Assembly (NCBI GenBank): GCA_046350755.1
Contig: JAXLZV010000001.1
Location: 75,510 to 139,509, forward strand
Length of the DNA stretch: 64,000 nucleotides
Source of the DNA: Candidatus Saccharimonadota bacterium
GTDB taxonomy: Bacteria > Patescibacteriota > Saccharimonadia > CAILAD01 > GCA-016700035
Direction: 5' to 3'
Part shown: one piece after another, positions 40,604 to 50,444 of the stretch
Numbering within the stretch: position 1 is the stretch's first letter
Layout: every line of letters starts with the position of its first letter
The notes under the pieces: model-generated
Databases searched by the model: none
Told to the model about the DNA's origin: nothing
Seen by the model: only the letters and a program-made list of their open reading frames with translations
Translations under genes and position numbers: made by a program

Positions 40604-40682
40604 CCAACGACCCATCATCCGTACCAACCCTCTTACCGTACACCTGGGTGAAACCCTGCATAGTGCGGTACAATAGAAGCTA

Positions 40683-43373
40683 ATGGAACAACTCTTTAAC
40701 CTCATCGGCGCCGTCTTTTCAATTATCGGCATTGCACTTTTCCAATATTGGGGCTGGACACTGATTGCCGGCTACTTGATTTGGCAAATCTTCCAAAACC
40801 GACGCAAGGTCGCCTACGTCGAAGCCACCGAGCACACCATGCTCCAGATCATCGTACCGAAAGATAATGATAAAAAAGAGCTGTCAGCCGAGCAGCTGTT
40901 TGCCAGTTTGCACGGTATTCTGCGCCCGAAAGGGGAGATCGAACACGAAGGGAGTCTCCAGGAACACATCAGTTTTGAGATAGTCTCTGAGCAAAATGTG
41001 ATTAATTTTTATGTTTGGGTGCCGCGACACCTCAAAGACTACGTCGAAAGCCAGGTCTATGCCCAATACCCAACAGTGCAGATCATCGACGATGTTGAAG
41101 ATTATGCGAAAAAGGACCTGGGAGATTCATTAACCGTCATTAGCGAAATTAAGACTACCAAAGATTCAATTTTCCCGATCCGCACCTTCGCTACTTTCGA
41201 AGTCGACCCCCTAGCCGGCATCACGACTGTCTTGGCAAAGCTCGAGCCCAACGAGCAGTTGTGGGTGCAGTACTTAATGCGGCCGGTCGATGATAGCTGG
41301 CACGCCAAATCACTGCAGTTCATTACGGACTCAAAGACCGGTGGTCGATCGGGCCTATTTGACGGTTGGCAAAAACGACTCTTTACGCTGCCGATTGAAT
41401 TGACTGCCATGTTCTTCAAGGCCCTCGTCGCACCACCAGTACACCCCGAAAAGAAAGATGAAAAGAAGGAACTTTCGCCAGGACAAACTACCGTCAATGC
41501 GGCTGTCGAAGCGAAGGCCGAAAAGATCGGCTACGAAGTAAAGATCCGCGTCGGCTACGTCGGCGCCAGTGCTGACATCGCCAAGCAACGCATGCAGGCC
41601 CTGTTTGGCGGGTTTAAGCAGTTTAATAGCATTAACCTCAATAGTTTAGCTGGCGGAGGCTATGACCCATCTCCTGAAGCTCTCCAGGAGTATCGGGCGC
41701 GCTACTTCGAAACGGGTGGCTTCATTCTCAACGTTGAAGAGTTAGCTAGCCTGTACCACTTACCGCATACCAGCGTGGAGACGCCAAATATCGCCTGGAC
41801 CACCACCAAAGTAGGGGAGCCGCCGACCAATCTACCCACCTTGGCAAACACCCCACAAGAGGCTCTGTCGCTGATCGGTACGACAACCTTTCGTCAGACC
41901 AATGTGAAATTTGGCATCAAGCGCGATGACCGCAAGCGACATCTCTATATCATTGGTAAATCCGGCTCAGGAAAAAGTTTTGCCCTGCTCCTGCTAACTT
42001 TGTCGGACATTTACCACAATCAAGGTTTTGCGGTCGTTGACCCACACGGTGATTTTGCTCAGGACGTACTGCGCTACATCCCCGAACACCGGAAGGATGA
42101 TGTCGTCTACTTTAACCCTTCAGACTTCGAGAATCCCATCTCATTTAACCCCATGGAAAATGCCGATCCGAATATGCGCGCCTCGATCGCTTCCGAGATC
42201 ATCGGCGTCTTGAAGAAAATGTTTGCTGAGAGCTGGGGGCCACGACTTGAGCACATCTTGCGCTTCACTCTTTTAGCCCTGCTCGAAACCGAGGATGCCA
42301 ACTTGATGGGTATTACGCGTATGCTCACCGATAAGCCCTTCCGTAAAAAGATCGTTGATCAGCTCGAAGACGTCACTGTGCGCTCCTTCTGGGTTAATGA
42401 ATTTGCGGCCTGGAACGACAAGTTTGCGACTGAAGCCGTCGCTCCAATTCTCAACAAAGTCGGAGCCTTTACGGCCAACCCGCTGATCCGCAATGTAATT
42501 GGTCAGCGCAAATCAAGCTTTGACATCCGCCAGATGATGGATGAAGGCAAGATCTTGATTTGTGATCTGTCTCGGGGTCGGCTTGGTGAAGATAATGCGG
42601 CCACCCTGGGTGCATTGATGATCTCTAAGATTCAGCTGGCAGCCATGAGCCGGGCCAATATCATGCTCGATGAACGTCGTCCATTCTATCTCTATGTCGA
42701 CGAATTCCAGAACTTTGCAACAGATTCGTTCTCGGTTATTCTGTCGGAAGCCCGTAAGTATGGCCTCTACCTCACAGTTGCTAACCAATACGTCGCACAG
42801 ATGCCCCAAGAGGTGAGGGACGCGGTGTTTGGTAATGTCGGATCAATGATTACGTTCAGGGTAGGGGCTGATGATGCTACGGCACTGGCGCGTTACTTTG
42901 AGCCGGTCTTCGAGCCAACTGATCTCACGAATCTGTCACTCCAAAACGTCTATATCACCATGTCGATCGATGGAGAGACGAGTATTCCGTTTTCAGCTAA
43001 AACTCTCCGGGTACCTGACCCTGAGCAAGATATGACTCAAGCTATCATCGCTCGATCGCGTGAAAAGTATAATGTTTCACGCGCCGAAGCTGAACAGGTG
43101 ATACGCGAATGGAGTGGCTTTCGCCCAGACGGGGAGAAGCTCGCCGATGGTGAATCGAGTGCCGGTGAACGCCGACCAACAGCATCAGATAAGCCCACTC
43201 AAGAGCCACATGGCGCGCAAGTTGGCTCTCGCCCGTCTTTACAGGTTTCTGGAGCGGCACCAAAGAATTACTCCGAGCTCATTACCGCCAAACCGCAATC
43301 AAACTCACGACCAACTGAGCGTTCGCAGAATCAACGCAAACGCAGTCGCAAACGACCAGCCAGACCAAATTAG
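40683..43373 (+). CDS. VirD4/TraG/DUF87 (HerA/FtsK superfamily) membrane ATPase
   Basis: N-terminal TM; GKSGSGKS, DPHGD, YVDEFQNF, SEARKY, ANQY. Confidence 0.88.
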   Translation: MEQLFNLIGAVFSIIGIALFQYWGWTLIAGYLIWQIFQNRRKVAYVEATEHTMLQIIVPKDNDKKELSAEQLFASLHGILRPKGEIEHEGSLQEHISFEIVSEQNVINFYVWVPRHLKDYVESQVYAQYPTVQIIDDVEDYAKKDLGDSLTVISEIKTTKDSIFPIRTFATFEVDPLAGITTVLAKLEPNEQLWVQYLMRPVDDSWHAKSLQFITDSKTGGRSGLFDGWQKRLFTLPIELTAMFFKALVAPPVHPEKKDEKKELSPGQTTVNAAVEAKAEKIGYEVKIRVGYVGASADIAKQRMQALFGGFKQFNSINLNSLAGGGYDPSPEALQEYRARYFETGGFILNVEELASLYHLPHTSVETPNIAWTTTKVGEPPTNLPTLANTPQEALSLIGTTTFRQTNVKFGIKRDDRKRHLYIIGKSGSGKSFALLLLTLSDIYHNQGFAVVDPHGDFAQDVLRYIPEHRKDDVVYFNPSDFENPISFNPMENADPNMRASIASEIIGVLKKMFAESWGPRLEHILRFTLLALLETEDANLMGITRMLTDKPFRKKIVDQLEDVTVRSFWVNEFAAWNDKFATEAVAPILNKVGAFTANPLIRNVIGQRKSSFDIRQMMDEGKILICDLSRGRLGEDNAATLGALMISKIQLAAMSRANIMLDERRPFYLYVDEFQNFATDSFSVILSEARKYGLYLTVANQYVAQMPQEVRDAVFGNVGSMITFRVGADDATALARYFEPVFEPTDLTNLSLQNVYITMSIDGETSIPFSAKTLRVPDPEQDMTQAIIARSREKYNVSRAEAEQVIREWSGFRPDGEKLADGESSAGERRPTASDKPTQEPHGAQVGSRPSLQVSGAAPKNYSELITAKPQSNSRPTERSQNQRKRSRKRPARPN

Positions 43374-43472
43374 CCGTTAGCACACCTACCCATCTACGAG
43401 CGAATAGTGCTTTAGCTAAAGTATTTTATAGAGTGTAGACGATGGTTAGTATAACTCTCTGTCAAAATATAT

Positions 43473-43500
43473 ACGTCGCACAATGTATATTTTGCGACGT
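43473..43500. other. Candidate dif (Xer recombination) site
   Basis: ACGTCGCACAA-TGTATA-TTTTGCGACGT, an 11-6-11 layout with the same spacer as E. coli dif. Confidence 0.6.
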
Positions 43501-43778
43501 ATTATCTGAATAGCTTTGGGGCAGCGCTCCACTCAACAAACTCACTCTATAAGCTGTGCACATACCGTAATCACGCCTTCCATATACCCCTAACTTGCAC
43601 CAGCAACTCCCACAGACATAGTTGATCATGCTTTACATAAATTACATCATTTTAGATATCTAGGCGCACCCATATATTGCATAGCGAGCTTTACCAAAAC
43701 AGCAACTTGTCTTGCAGACAACTGCAACAATAAAGCAGATAAGACTAGGCCACAATTCAGCCCACGGCCGTATTCACT

Positions 43779-43802
43779 CTGTGAAACAAATCTGTTTCAC
43801 AG
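43779..43802. repeat. Inverted repeat built from parS-like half-sites
   Basis: CTGTGAAACA-AATC-TGTTTCACAG. Confidence 0.5.
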
Positions 43803-43973
43803 GTATACGAATTATTATGTTTTATTGTCTTGACATACTATATTTATCTTTTTAAATAGTATTTATAGCTCCGAGCTACATAAAGGTGAATTGTGAGCAC
43901 GCTATATACCCCTACCCCACTGTGCGAACAAGCCAAGATACTGTAGTTCTATCTGTTGTCCAGATAGAAAATA

Positions 43974-44840
43974 CTATTTATAAAAGGCTTTGCCAGGTAT
44001 CCGCACATCAACATATTCAGTCGGTTTTTTGTTTTGTTGTTGTGCGGTTTCAATCGTCGCAATATAAGCTTCAACTTGTTCGGCGGCACCTCGCGAAGTA
44101 TCGGTTCGAATCACAATGCCATTCTTGAGCCGAATATTGAGCTCCCTCGTAGTCGCTCCGATAGCCGAGGATTCGATATCCACACCCTTTTTTCCAGCTA
44201 AACTGATAAACTCCCGCGCAAAGACCACAAACTGCTTATCGGCTACCTTGTCCCCGACCTTGACAGTTAGCTGGGCCGTATCGATGATACGACCAAACGT
44301 ACCCTCTCCAGCCTTAGCCTGGCGCAACACACGCCCATCTTCAGCGATCAACCATGACTGCTCACCCGTTTGCCAAACCAAAGAGGGCTGTGACTCCACC
44401 ACTTGGACATTCAACCCGAGTAAAAGAGTACGCGACACTTTGACGTTGGCCAAGGTTGGCTCTTGCGTCTTGACCGCCTGGGCCATATCTTGAGCATTTA
44501 AAAACAAGACATTACGCTGCACCGGGTTGGCTCGTAAATATTCATCCGCGGCTTGAGTAATGGCTTCTTGCGAGATTGTGCTATTCCCCTTCACGGCAAT
44601 CCCCCGAGCGTTCAGCCAGCCGGAGAAAAACAACACCCAGATGCCAAGGGCTGCAACAGCAAATATACCGATCCGCCAAAATATCTGCCGCCAAACGATA
44701 GGCTGCTTGGGAGCTTGTGCGCGTACCGAGTCACCAGTATAAATAAACTGCCCCCGTCGTCGGACTTTCCGCGGCTGGCTATCAGGTGGCGTTGGAGGAA
44801 ATCGAGAATCAGGCACGTCTTTGCTCCACCACGCGAACAA
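43974..44840 (-). CDS. ftsQ: Cell division protein FtsQ/DivIB
   Basis: Single TM, POTRA (IAVKGN), C-terminal EYVDVR; follows murG. Confidence 0.82.
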   Translation of the reverse strand: MFAWWSKDVPDSRFPPTPPDSQPRKVRRRGQFIYTGDSVRAQAPKQPIVWRQIFWRIGIFAVAALGIWVLFFSGWLNARGIAVKGNSTISQEAITQAADEYLRANPVQRNVLFLNAQDMAQAVKTQEPTLANVKVSRTLLLGLNVQVVESQPSLVWQTGEQSWLIAEDGRVLRQAKAGEGTFGRIIDTAQLTVKVGDKVADKQFVVFAREFISLAGKKGVDIESSAIGATTRELNIRLKNGIVIRTDTSRGAAEQVEAYIATIETAQQQNKKPTEYVDVRIPGKAFYK

Positions 44841-45963
44841 CGGCTTCGGCTAAGAGTTCGGCCGCATTGCGTACTGCTAACTTCCCTATGGCCTCCTCCA
44901 AGTATCGCCTGTCGCTGGGTTCGTCAATTAATTTATCAATTTCTGCCCGCAAAGTTCGCGGTGTTAAGCGAGACTGCTCAAGCAACCGAGCCGCACCGCG
45001 TCGCACAATATAATGAGCATTATGAGCTTGATGATTATTCGCCGAGCCCGGCAAAGGGATGAGAAGTGCTACTTTTTTCAACGCTGCCAGTTCAGCCAAT
45101 ACATTCGCCCCACAGCGCGTTACTACCACATCGGCCAGTGCATACGCGTCAGCAAGCTCAGTGCGCAAAAAAGCCTGAGGTACATAACGACGACGAGCCA
45201 GTGGCGTCAAACGCTGTCGCTGGAAAAGAGCTGCATCAATATCGTGATGACCAGTCTGATGAATAATATTGACCGATTCGGTGAGTTGGGCGAGCGCACC
45301 AAAGACCACCTCGTTAATCGCCTGCGCGCCAGTCGAGCCGCCAATAATCAAGACAGTTGGTCGAGCCGTATCAAGGCCAAAATGCTTCCGCCCGCGCTCA
45401 CGACGCCCAGCCAAAATATCCTCACGCACCGGATTACCCGTCGCCAGCAAAGGGGCAGTCAGCTTCACGTCGTCAAATACTTCGACTGGAAAACCTGTTG
45501 CTACCAGTTGAGCGCGACGCGCTAATACCCGATTCGTCAGCCCCATAACTGTGTCTGATTCGTGAATGATGAGGGGTATCTTTAGCTGTGCAGCCGCCAG
45601 ACCGACCGGCAGACCAACAAAACCGCCCTTCACGAAAACTACATCTGGCTTAATTGTCTTCAATAACCGCCGCGCCTGTCGTATCCCCTTCACGATCCGC
45701 ATACTGTCGCCGGCATTTTGACGCATCGTTGAAAAATCGGTTAGTTCAGAGACCAAGCCACGACGATAGCGACGAAATTTACCACTCGATATGACATGAT
45801 AACCAATACCTTCGGCTTCAACTAAATCACGCTCCAGGCTGCCGCCCGAACCGATATAGTCGATAACCGGTGCTGTTCCCTTACGCGCCTTGAGAGCCGC
45901 GCACAGGGCCAAAACCGGTGTGACGTGACCGGCGGTTCCGCCCCCCGACACGATTATCCGCAT
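44809..45963 (-). CDS. murG: Undecaprenyl-PP-MurNAc-pentapeptide GlcNAc transferase
   Basis: GGGTAGH, HESD, GNPVR, GGSTGA, HQAHNA; start at MRIIVS. Confidence 0.95.
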   Translation of the reverse strand: MRIIVSGGGTAGHVTPVLALCAALKARKGTAPVIDYIGSGGSLERDLVEAEGIGYHVISSGKFRRYRRGLVSELTDFSTMRQNAGDSMRIVKGIRQARRLLKTIKPDVVFVKGGFVGLPVGLAAAQLKIPLIIHESDTVMGLTNRVLARRAQLVATGFPVEVFDDVKLTAPLLATGNPVREDILAGRRERGRKHFGLDTARPTVLIIGGSTGAQAINEVVFGALAQLTESVNIIHQTGHHDIDAALFQRQRLTPLARRRYVPQAFLRTELADAYALADVVVTRCGANVLAELAALKKVALLIPLPGSANNHQAHNAHYIVRRGAARLLEQSRLTPRTLRAEIDKLIDEPSDRRYLEEAIGKLAVRNAAELLAEAVVRVVEQRRA

Positions 45964-47113
45964 AAGCCTGTTCCCTTTCTGTATATCGAGAAATATTTTG
46001 CAAAATTCCAACCGCAACCATCGTTGCCAAGAGACTCGTGCCGCCATAACTGATAAACGGCAGCGGGATACCAGTCAACGGGATGATATTGAGCATGGCT
46101 GAGATATTGACCGCCGCCTGGGTTAATAGCCAAACAGTGATACCGACTGATACCATGCGACTAAATCGGTCTGGCGCCATGCGTGCGATTCGAAATCCCC
46201 GCCAACCTACCAAACCAAACAAGCCGACGACAATCATCGTCCCCCACAAGCCAAACTGCTCACCAATAATGGCAAACACCGAGTCGTTGGTTGCCTCGGG
46301 TAAGTAGCCATACGACTGCAGGCTGTTGCCCAGGCCTTTGCCAAGTATCCCGCCACTACCCAGTGCAATCAAGGCTTGATTAATATGATAATCGGCGCCC
46401 GTCACGTCATCTTTGTGATTGAGGAAGGTAGCCAACCGAGCCAAACGATACGGAAAGATCACAACGGTTAAAGCCGCCGCGCCCAGTAATGTACCCAAAC
46501 CGGCCCCGAATAGCCAAATTGGCGCGTCTGATACAAACAAGATAGCTAGTGCCACCGACATCAAGACGATGCCGGTTCCAAGATCGCGCTGGAAAATCAC
46601 CGTTAGAATCAAGGTTATCGCCAGCACTCCCAAAAACGGGAGCAGACCCTGAGTGAAAGAGCGTAATTTATCACGATTCGATTCAAGCCAAGATGCCAAA
46701 AAGAGGATCAATGAAAGCTTCAGAAATTCCGCCGGCTGAAAACTTAAGGGCCCGAATTTAACCCACCGGCTAGCACCGTTAACGTTGAGCGAAATACCTG
46801 GGATGAAGACTAGACACATCAAAAAAAACGAACCAATCAACATCGGGAAAGCCGCCTTGCGCCAAAAACCGTACGGAATCCGCGAAGCACCAACCCAGCC
46901 AACCACGCCAATCGCTAAGCTAATCAATTGGTTGGTAAAAAATGCATTTCGATCGCTCGCCCCACCAGTGATATTAAAATTCACAATTGCCCCAGTAGAA
47001 TAGATCACCAGCATACCGATTGCTATCAGGGCTAATATGAGTAAGCCGAGAAAGTAGTCAGGCCGGTGATGAGGCCGCTCACGAATGGCGCGAGCCAGGT
47101 CAGCCACGGGCAA
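45881..47113 (-). CDS. ftsW: SEDS peptidoglycan polymerase
   Basis: NGASRW, FQPAEFLK, LPEATND, PLTGIPLPFISYGG. Confidence 0.93.
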   Translation of the reverse strand: MPVADLARAIRERPHHRPDYFLGLLILALIAIGMLVIYSTGAIVNFNITGGASDRNAFFTNQLISLAIGVVGWVGASRIPYGFWRKAAFPMLIGSFFLMCLVFIPGISLNVNGASRWVKFGPLSFQPAEFLKLSLILFLASWLESNRDKLRSFTQGLLPFLGVLAITLILTVIFQRDLGTGIVLMSVALAILFVSDAPIWLFGAGLGTLLGAAALTVVIFPYRLARLATFLNHKDDVTGADYHINQALIALGSGGILGKGLGNSLQSYGYLPEATNDSVFAIIGEQFGLWGTMIVVGLFGLVGWRGFRIARMAPDRFSRMVSVGITVWLLTQAAVNISAMLNIIPLTGIPLPFISYGGTSLLATMVAVGILQNISRYTEREQAYADNRVGGRNRRSRHTGFGPVRGSQGA

Positions 47114-48125
47114 TCAATCCAATGAGCAGCCCTAATACGCCCGTTATCGCACCAATAATCCACAACCGCATAGTGACTTTGGTTTCCGGCCAACCAATTG
47201 CTTCAAGGTGATGATGCAAGGGCGCGGAACGAAACACCTTATGTCCAAACACTTTCTTTGAAAATATTTGGACGGCACTTGAACCGGCCTCGAGCACAAA
47301 GACCGCACCAATAATCGGCAGCACGAAGACCGAATTTGTCAGCATCGCAATTACTCCCAAGGTCGCCCCTAAAGCAGTTGATCCGACTTGCCCCATAAAG
47401 AATCGCGCCGGATAAATATTAAACCAAGTATAAGCTAAAACTGCGCCGACTATCGTGGCACAAAAAGCTGCTAGTGCCGTCAAGCCAGAGAAAAAACAAA
47501 TAATCGCGTAGCAGCCATAGGCGAAAGCCAATAGCCCACCAGCTAAGCCATCGAGACCATCGGTAATAGATACCGACTTGGCCGTCGAAAATACCACTAA
47601 AATAAACAGCGGGATGTAGAGCCAGGCTATCGAGAAATCACCGACCGCCGGAACATGAATGAGATTATAACCAAGCTTAAAGTAAAACCACCATGCACAG
47701 AGTGCCGCTAGACCAAATAAGGCCAGGGCTTGGGTCTTAGCTTTTAGACCCCCGCTCCGATTTGCAAAGCCGAGAATATTCGACAAATCATCGATCAAGC
47801 CAAGACCACCAAAGAGCACTAATGCCATCAGCGGCAACCAAGTCTCCGTTCGATCAAGATTAGCAAACAACGTAATGACCGCAACGGCAATGAGGACAAT
47901 ACTACCGGCCATAGTTGGGATATGCCGCTTATGTTTTTCGGCGTGCAGCTTGGCAAAGACCTTAGCTTTCTCACCAGTTACGGCCGTTGCCCGTTGCTTA
48001 CGCCACCACTGATGCTTGAAGGCTAGCGTAGTAAAGATCGGCGTAAATAGCATCGCCAGTACAAAGCCCGCAAAAGCAAAAGTCAGTATCGGCAGCAGTT
48101 GGTTCGTCAGTGGGTCAAATTGCAT
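47100..48125 (-). CDS. mraY: Phospho-N-acetylmuramoyl-pentapeptide transferase (divergent)
   Basis: PTMAG, IDD, DGLDGL, PARFFMG, APLHHHLE; position in the dcw cluster. Confidence 0.92.
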   Translation of the reverse strand: MQFDPLTNQLLPILTFAFAGFVLAMLFTPIFTTLAFKHQWWRKQRATAVTGEKAKVFAKLHAEKHKRHIPTMAGSIVLIAVAVITLFANLDRTETWLPLMALVLFGGLGLIDDLSNILGFANRSGGLKAKTQALALFGLAALCAWWFYFKLGYNLIHVPAVGDFSIAWLYIPLFILVVFSTAKSVSITDGLDGLAGGLLAFAYGCYAIICFFSGLTALAAFCATIVGAVLAYTWFNIYPARFFMGQVGSTALGATLGVIAMLTNSVFVLPIIGAVFVLEAGSSAVQIFSKKVFGHKVFRSAPLHHHLEAIGWPETKVTMRLWIIGAITGVLGLLIGLIARG

Positions 48126-48157
48126 ATGGTTAGCTCCTGGTTAGCAATTATACAGCA

Positions 48158-49912
48158 TTACGAGCTGGGCGGCACCTGATAATACTTGAAGAGCTCTTTG
48201 GCGATCTCAGCGAACGCCGGCACCGCACTGCGCTCGGCAAATGTCTTTGTCTTCGGGTAATCAACCCGCACCATCATGATAAACTTCGGATCATCCGCCG
48301 GCGCGAAACCTATGAAGCTACCGATATTCTTATCCTCTTCATAACCCTGACCGTTCGCCTTTGGCACCTGAGCGGTTCCCGTCTTACCAGCAATCTTGTA
48401 CCCTGGCATACGCGTCAAATAACCCGATCCACCTTCAACTACCTTGACCATCATGCTCGTCACCTGCGAGGCAGTCTCTTTACTCATAACATTTTCGGCC
48501 TGCGGCTTGTGTGGCACATCCTCAAGTTCACCGTTGGCTTTGATCTTTTTCTCAAGGACATGTGGCTGAACCAAGGTGCCGCCGTTCGCGATCGTAGAGA
48601 TCGCCGTTATCATCTGCAAGCTCGTCGCACCTATCCCCTGACCAAAGGTCATATTGGCATAATCAATGTCGGCGGCATTCGGATCTTTGACTTGCCCCTT
48701 GGCTTCACCAGCCAGCTCGACACCGGTTTTCTTACCAAATCCGAAGGCAATTATACCGTTATGTAATGCCTCCTTGCCAGCCCGAGTGATCTGGCTAGGA
48801 TTTCCACCCAACATCCGTAGAATATACACCATACCGGTATTAATTGAGTTCTTAATCACTAAGCTCATGTCGACCGTACCAAAACTTTTCTTCTCAGCAT
48901 TATTGATCGTATACTCACCAATCGTCACGCTACCAGTATCATTAAAAGTCGTTTCCGGTTTGATTTTGCCAGACTGCAAACCAAGTGACATCGTCAGCGG
49001 CTTAAAGCCTGATCCGGGCTCAAATTGATTTGAGATCGCGCTATTAATAAAGCTCGCGTACTCATTCGCCTTAACTTTCTCGTAAGTATTTGGGTCATAC
49101 TCCGGATTATTCACCATTGCTTTAATGGCTCCGGTATACGGATCCATAATGATTACACTGCCCGAGCTGGCTTGATTAGCCTCAACAGCTGACTTCAATG
49201 CCTTTTGAGCCACACTCTGCAAATATCGATCAATCGTCAAAACATATGAGGTCCCATTCCGCGGCTCATCGACGATATTGTCCTGTGTCGACAGTGGCAC
49301 CCCCTGGCTATCAGTAACCGCCTTGAGCATACCGTTTTGACCGGAAAGCTCGGCATTTAAGTATTGCTCTACGCCATATTGTCCCTTCCCATCGCTATTC
49401 ACATAGCCGGTAACATGCCCCAGCAAACTCCCCTCAGGGTACGACCGATAGTCACGATCCTTGAGCACAACTCCCTTGATGCGCAAATCAGCGATTTGCT
49501 TAGCTAGATCTTTCTCGATCTGCTGCTTGATTTCAACGTAGCGACTCTTGCCAGAGAAGGTCAGTTGCTCTTGGAGGGCTTTTTTATCAATACTTAAGAG
49601 AGGAGCGAGTTGTTCGGCCGCCTTGGCTGGATCCTCAATCAATTTCGGGTCAGCATAGGCGTATTTCAACGAATTATTCAACGCAACCGGGTAAAGCTCG
49701 CCATTATCCTGCAGATAAATTTCACCGCGCTTAGCTGGGATCTCAAATTGACGTGACTGCTGAGCGGTGGCCTTAGCCGTATAGTCACCACTCTTGATAA
49801 CCTGCACATAGACTAACTTCCACATAATTGCCGCCAGCGGAATAGCAAAAATCCCAGCTAACACGTAAAGCCGAGCATTACTCATGCCAAAAACTGTCCG
49901 ACGGGATTTCAT
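48158..49912 (-). CDS. ftsI: Class B penicillin-binding protein
   Basis: RGEI, R.YP.G, EPGSGFK, SIN, KTGTAQ. Confidence 0.9.
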   Translation of the reverse strand: MKSRRTVFGMSNARLYVLAGIFAIPLAAIMWKLVYVQVIKSGDYTAKATAQQSRQFEIPAKRGEIYLQDNGELYPVALNNSLKYAYADPKLIEDPAKAAEQLAPLLSIDKKALQEQLTFSGKSRYVEIKQQIEKDLAKQIADLRIKGVVLKDRDYRSYPEGSLLGHVTGYVNSDGKGQYGVEQYLNAELSGQNGMLKAVTDSQGVPLSTQDNIVDEPRNGTSYVLTIDRYLQSVAQKALKSAVEANQASSGSVIIMDPYTGAIKAMVNNPEYDPNTYEKVKANEYASFINSAISNQFEPGSGFKPLTMSLGLQSGKIKPETTFNDTGSVTIGEYTINNAEKKSFGTVDMSLVIKNSINTGMVYILRMLGGNPSQITRAGKEALHNGIIAFGFGKKTGVELAGEAKGQVKDPNAADIDYANMTFGQGIGATSLQMITAISTIANGGTLVQPHVLEKKIKANGELEDVPHKPQAENVMSKETASQVTSMMVKVVEGGSGYLTRMPGYKIAGKTGTAQVPKANGQGYEEDKNIGSFIGFAPADDPKFIMMVRVDYPKTKTFAERSAVPAFAEIAKELFKYYQVPPSS

Positions 49913-49946
49913 ACTTGCCTATTATCCCCCTTTGGGCGCCAAGATG

Positions 49947-50267
49947 CTAACGCTGTGCGTAACTCACATTACCAACTGGTGTCATAGCTTTCGCCACCTG
50001 ACTCTCGCGAGCCTCAGCGATGGATTGCAAACGTGCAGCATCGATACGAAGTTGCTCCTTTTGAGACTGCAATTCTACACGTTTAGTCTCCAAGCGCGTC
50101 AAGCGAATATCTAGCGTTTTGGCTTTTGAGATTTGATTCAAGTACAACATCGAGAGGAGAGCGACCAGAGCCAAAAGCATAAACGACACCGAGATCGGGC
50201 CAGCTTGGACACGGGCTTCAACGCGGGTTAGATTTTGATTGCGAAATAAACGCTGCTCTTTGTACAT
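49947..50267 (-). CDS. FtsL-like cell division protein
   Basis: Single TM followed by coiled coil, between rsmH and ftsI; AGGAG RBS before MYKEQ. Confidence 0.7.
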   Translation of the reverse strand: MYKEQRLFRNQNLTRVEARVQAGPISVSFMLLALVALLSMLYLNQISKAKTLDIRLTRLETKRVELQSQKEQLRIDAARLQSIAEARESQVAKAMTPVGNVSYAQR

Positions 50268-50357
50268 TGGTTTTTCTCCTGGAACGATGTGTGTTTTTGT
50301 GTTTGTTTTTGGTTTGTGGCGTTTTACGAACGCCAAACGACTCTAGACAAGCTAAAG

Positions 50358-50423
50358 TTACTTAATGACGCGAACTTTCAGTTTGGTGGCTCGCGGGCTC
50401 ATATTTCTAACGGCTACGGTCAT
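50358..50423 (-). CDS. Candidate 21-aa peptide
   Basis: AAAGGAGG, 6 nt, ATG; MTVAVRNMSPRATKLKVRVIK*. Confidence 0.45.
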   Translation of the reverse strand: MTVAVRNMSPRATKLKVRVIK

Positions 50424-50444
50424 ATCTGACCTCCTTTTTTTGTG

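Noticed and set aside
40683-43373. Conjugative T4SS
   Set aside because: No relaxase, VirB genes or oriT context
43380-43970. oriC in the AT-rich gap
   Set aside because: No DnaA-box cluster, flanking genes converge, and no dnaA/dnaN nearby
45881-45963. Frameshift at the ftsW/murG overlap
   Set aside because: Both proteins keep all motifs; the 83-nt overlap is a simple C-terminal extension
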